Source: an uncultured Candidatus Saccharimonas sp. (GTDB lineage Bacteria; Patescibacteriota; Saccharimonadia; Saccharimonadales; Saccharimonadaceae). Taken from it: a stretch of 64,000 nucleotides of DNA. Below the pieces are notes generated by a model. It was not told the DNA's origin. It saw nothing but the letters and a program-made list of their open reading frames with translations, and did not search any database. The translations under genes and the position numbers were made by a program. The stretch spans positions 7,087-71,086 of the forward strand of contig CAZEGB010000001.1 in the NCBI GenBank assembly GCA_964511655.1. The letters are read 5' to 3'. Positions 61,792 to 64,000 of this stretch are shown in pieces (positions within the stretch are counted from its first letter, which is position 1; the number at the start of each line of letters is the position of its first letter).

Positions 61792-63186
61792 TTAGCTACG
61801 TTTATACATAGATATAGAATTGCTGTATGCATTTGAAACATAGACCGAGGTACCGTCAGGTGAAATTTTAATTACAATCGGAACGTCACCAGACGAAATT
61901 GTTGATACTGTAAATGGCGTCAATGCGCCAGTCGCAATATTTCGCTGGAATTTTTTAACTACGTCAGAATCTCCTATTGCAGCGTAAACCGAAACTCCGT
62001 CAGGCGATACGGCAATATCCAACGGGCTCGAACCGGCATTGATCGTTGGTGTTCCCAAGGCAGTTAAGGCGCCGGTAGAAGTATTTCGGCTGTACATTGA
62101 TATATTATTGGAATTAACGTTCGTAGCATATACGGACGATCCGTCAGGTGATATTGCCATGCCGCGCGGAGTCGTACCGGCATTGATCGTTGGTGTTCCC
62201 AAGGCAGTTAAGGCGCCGGTAGAAGTATTTCGGCTGTACATTGATATATTATTGGAACCACTATTCGCAACATAAACCGATTTGCCGTCCGCAGAGACTA
62301 CAATACCTATTGGGTTCGTACCGGTATCGATTGTTGGTGCCGTCATAGCCGTCAATAGACCCGTTGAAGGATTTCGATTGTACATCGAAATTTTGTTAGA
62401 TACATAATTAGCCACATAAACCGACAGGCCGTCAGCTGATATTGTTATCGTCCACGGATCTACATCCGCTGCAACAGTACCTAATGAAGCCAATAGACCC
62501 GTACTAGTATTGCGACTATACATAGATACCGTATGCGAATCCTGGTTAGTAACATATACTGATAGACCATCAGGAGAAATTACTACGTCTTGGGGAGCGG
62601 TCTGAGCAGCAATAGTCGAAGGCGTCAACGCAGTCAGAGCGCCTGTTGTAATAGAACGACTGTACATACTAACACTACTTGCAAGTGAATTAGCAATGTA
62701 TGCAGACGTACCATCAGGCGAAATTGCAATCCCGCGAGGATACGTTCCGGCCGCGATTGTTGCCGGCGACAAAGCAACTAATTCGCCCGTAAAGCCAATA
62801 CTAGGCGCGCTGTCGTTAGTGACATAATACGTTGTCGTATTTTTTGATCCTGTCAAACGAAAATTTTCGGAATCAATTAAATTATAAACGAATGTTCCAC
62901 CCCTAGTTGCCTTTATACAAAAATTTGTGTCGACAGTCGGCGATGTCGGACATAAGTTAGCATCAAGAGTCGGATACGTACCGTATTTTGCACGATACAA
63001 GTTCAAATTCTGCGCAGCGCTTGCCAGATCCGCCTTTATCGATGCCAGATTTGCCTTTTTCATCATGAAACTGTATCCCTCTATGATGATTAGCGCCAGT
63101 ACTGCTATGACAATGACGACCACTATCAGTTCAACGACAGTGAACCCTTTGCGTGTTCCAATTCGAGATTTCAATAGACTTTTCAT
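61792..63186 (-). CDS. type IV pilin-like protein fused to a 7-bladed YVTN-type beta-propeller
   Basis: Prepilin motif KG|FTVVELIVVVIVIAVLALI, a two-Cys pilin head, then seven ~44-48-aa repeats of the form ISPDG.SVYV.N....ISMYSRN..TG.L. Confidence 0.75.
   Translation of the reverse strand: MKSLLKSRIGTRKGFTVVELIVVVIVIAVLALIIIEGYSFMMKKANLASIKADLASAAQNLNLYRAKYGTYPTLDANLCPTSPTVDTNFCIKATRGGTFVYNLIDSENFRLTGSKNTTTYYVTNDSAPSIGFTGELVALSPATIAAGTYPRGIAISPDGTSAYIANSLASSVSMYSRSITTGALTALTPSTIAAQTAPQDVVISPDGLSVYVTNQDSHTVSMYSRNTSTGLLASLGTVAADVDPWTITISADGLSVYVANYVSNKISMYNRNPSTGLLTAMTAPTIDTGTNPIGIVVSADGKSVYVANSGSNNISMYSRNTSTGALTALGTPTINAGTTPRGMAISPDGSSVYATNVNSNNISMYSRNTSTGALTALGTPTINAGSSPLDIAVSPDGVSVYAAIGDSDVVKKFQRNIATGALTPFTVSTISSGDVPIVIKISPDGTSVYVSNAYSNSISMYKRS
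62032..62113. repeat. 82-bp perfect intragenic direct repeat, copy 1
   Basis: Identical to 62176-62257. The 144-nt offset equals one 48-aa propeller blade. Confidence 0.9.
62176..62257. repeat. 82-bp perfect intragenic direct repeat, copy 2
   Basis: Identical to 62032-62113. Confidence 0.9.
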
Positions 63187-63230
63187 GCGTCAAGTTTAAC
63201 ATTAGCGGTATAGACATTTCAAGGAATATG

Positions 63231-64000
63231 TCAGACTTGACTGAATTGGCTATTATACAGTTCGGCGTAATAGCCCTTGTTCTGCAACAGTTCGGTGTGT
63301 TTGCCTTGTTCGACGATATTACCGTCGCGAACTACTAGGATATTATCGGCATTACGAATGGTCGATAGCCGATGGGCGATTACGAAACTGGTACGGCCAT
63401 GCGACAGTTTGTCCATGGCAGATTGGATCAGCAGTTCGGTTCGCGTATCTACCGAACTGGTTGCTTCGTCCAATATCAACATCGGCGCATCAGCCAAAAT
63501 CGCCCGCGCAATCGTCAGTAGCTGTTTTTCGCCGGCCGAAATATTATCAGCCGTCTCGCTAATGATAGTGTCATAACCGTCGGGCAGGGTTGTTATCAGA
63601 TGATGAACGTGAGCAGCCTCGGCGGCGGCAATTATCTGTTTGCGCGTAGCGTTCGGTTTTCCGTAGGCAATATTTTCGGCAATCGTACCCTGGAATAGCC
63701 AAGTATCCTGCAACACCATACCGAACATTTGCCTGACATCACGGCGGCTGATTTTGGCGGTATCGACATCATCGATTTTTATCGAACCGCTATCAATGTC
63801 ATAAAACCGCATCAATAAATTGACGATGGTCGTCTTGCCGGCGCCGGTCGGACCAACGATGGCGATATTTTGTTTGGGTTTGATATGAACCGTCAGACGC
63901 TTGATAATCGGACGATCGGATTCATAACCGAAACTGACATTATCCAAATCAACTTTGCCGTTTATTGGCATAGGCGCAGGCAAAGTATCGGCTTCGACTA
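63231..64000 (-). CDS. ABC exporter (MsbA/MdlB-type), C-terminal ATPase domain; N-terminus lies beyond the window
   Basis: Walker A GPTGAGKTT, signature ISAGEKQLLTIARA, Walker B LILDEATSSVD, H-loop AHRLST. The frame is open to the window end. Confidence 0.9.
   Translation of the reverse strand, partial: VEADTLPAPMPINGKVDLDNVSFGYESDRPIIKRLTVHIKPKQNIAIVGPTGAGKTTIVNLLMRFYDIDSGSIKIDDVDTAKISRRDVRQMFGMVLQDTWLFQGTIAENIAYGKPNATRKQIIAAAEAAHVHHLITTLPDGYDTIISETADNISAGEKQLLTIARAILADAPMLILDEATSSVDTRTELLIQSAMDKLSHGRTSFVIAHRLSTIRNADNILVVRDGNIVEQGKHTELLQNKGYYAELYNSQFSQV

Noticed and set aside
1-64000. CRISPR arrays, rRNA genes, IS elements, transposases, integrases or prophage structural genes.
   Set aside because: No regularly spaced short repeats and no recombinase or transposase motifs appear in any ORF. 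The only repeats are the tRNA-derived fragments, the ~80-nt structured element and the intragenic 82-bp duplication.
1-64000. An alternative genetic code, with UGA recoded as in some CPR-related lineages such as Gracilibacteria, SR1 or Absconditabacteria.
   Set aside because: Conserved genes (guaB, dnaB, cysS, thyA, rpl genes) are full length under the standard code. TGA is used as a genuine stop, for example at 55195-55197 ending the ABC ATPase and at 25203-25205 ending the pilin paralogue.

Overview
This is a 64-kb, AT-leaning bacterial chromosome segment. It uses the standard genetic code: TGA is a stop, and conserved genes are uninterrupted. Genes are tightly packed, often with overlapping stop and start codons.

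The housekeeping backbone includes:
- rluA-family pseudouridine synthase, holB, yajQ and rpmG
- guaB
- secE-nusG-rplK ... rplA, and rplJ-rplL with an attenuator-type leader
- dnaX-dnaB, then ybaB-recR-nrnA-cysS
- greA and pyrD
- folA, thyA and a dCMP-deaminase fusion

Other content:
- an alpha-glucan cluster (GT-B synthase, GH57, GH15)
- two P-type ATPases
- a two-component system next to a MacB/FtsX-type ABC module
- many small membrane proteins with no recognisable family

Gene content and style fit a reduced-genome, probably host-dependent lineage such as Saccharibacteria/CPR. That placement is inference only. Four tRNAs are present: Tyr-GTA, Thr-TGT, Thr-GGT and Trp-CCA. I saw no rRNA, CRISPR array, transposase, integrase or reverse transcriptase.

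The observations most worth follow-up:
1. tRNA-Trp is followed by a series of direct partial copies of its own 3' end. These delimit small cargo modules, which looks like a decayed serial integration hotspot.
2. An ~80-nt hairpin-forming repeat occurs in at least two copies with compensatory stem changes. Each copy is embedded in tRNA-derived fragments, and one sits exactly inside a T-loop.
3. Two tandem type IV pilin-like genes carry large C-terminal fusions, one to an FGE/C-type-lectin-like domain and one to a 7-bladed YVTN beta-propeller. A third paralogue has its putative prepilin cleavage site preceded by a ~98-aa transmembrane extension.
4. A three-gene island of unassignable ORFs with a long structured leader lies next to the tRNA cluster.
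5. Several unusual gene pairings and fusions: a DapF-fold racemase with a VanX-like dipeptidase, a lipid kinase with an SMS-like PAP2_C protein, a kinase-NTase-HIT-deaminase-thyA operon, ribosomal protein L1 with a ~115-aa N-terminal extension, and rplK/rplA split by a zinc-ribbon ORF.

All functional calls come from motif recognition by eye. No database search was run.
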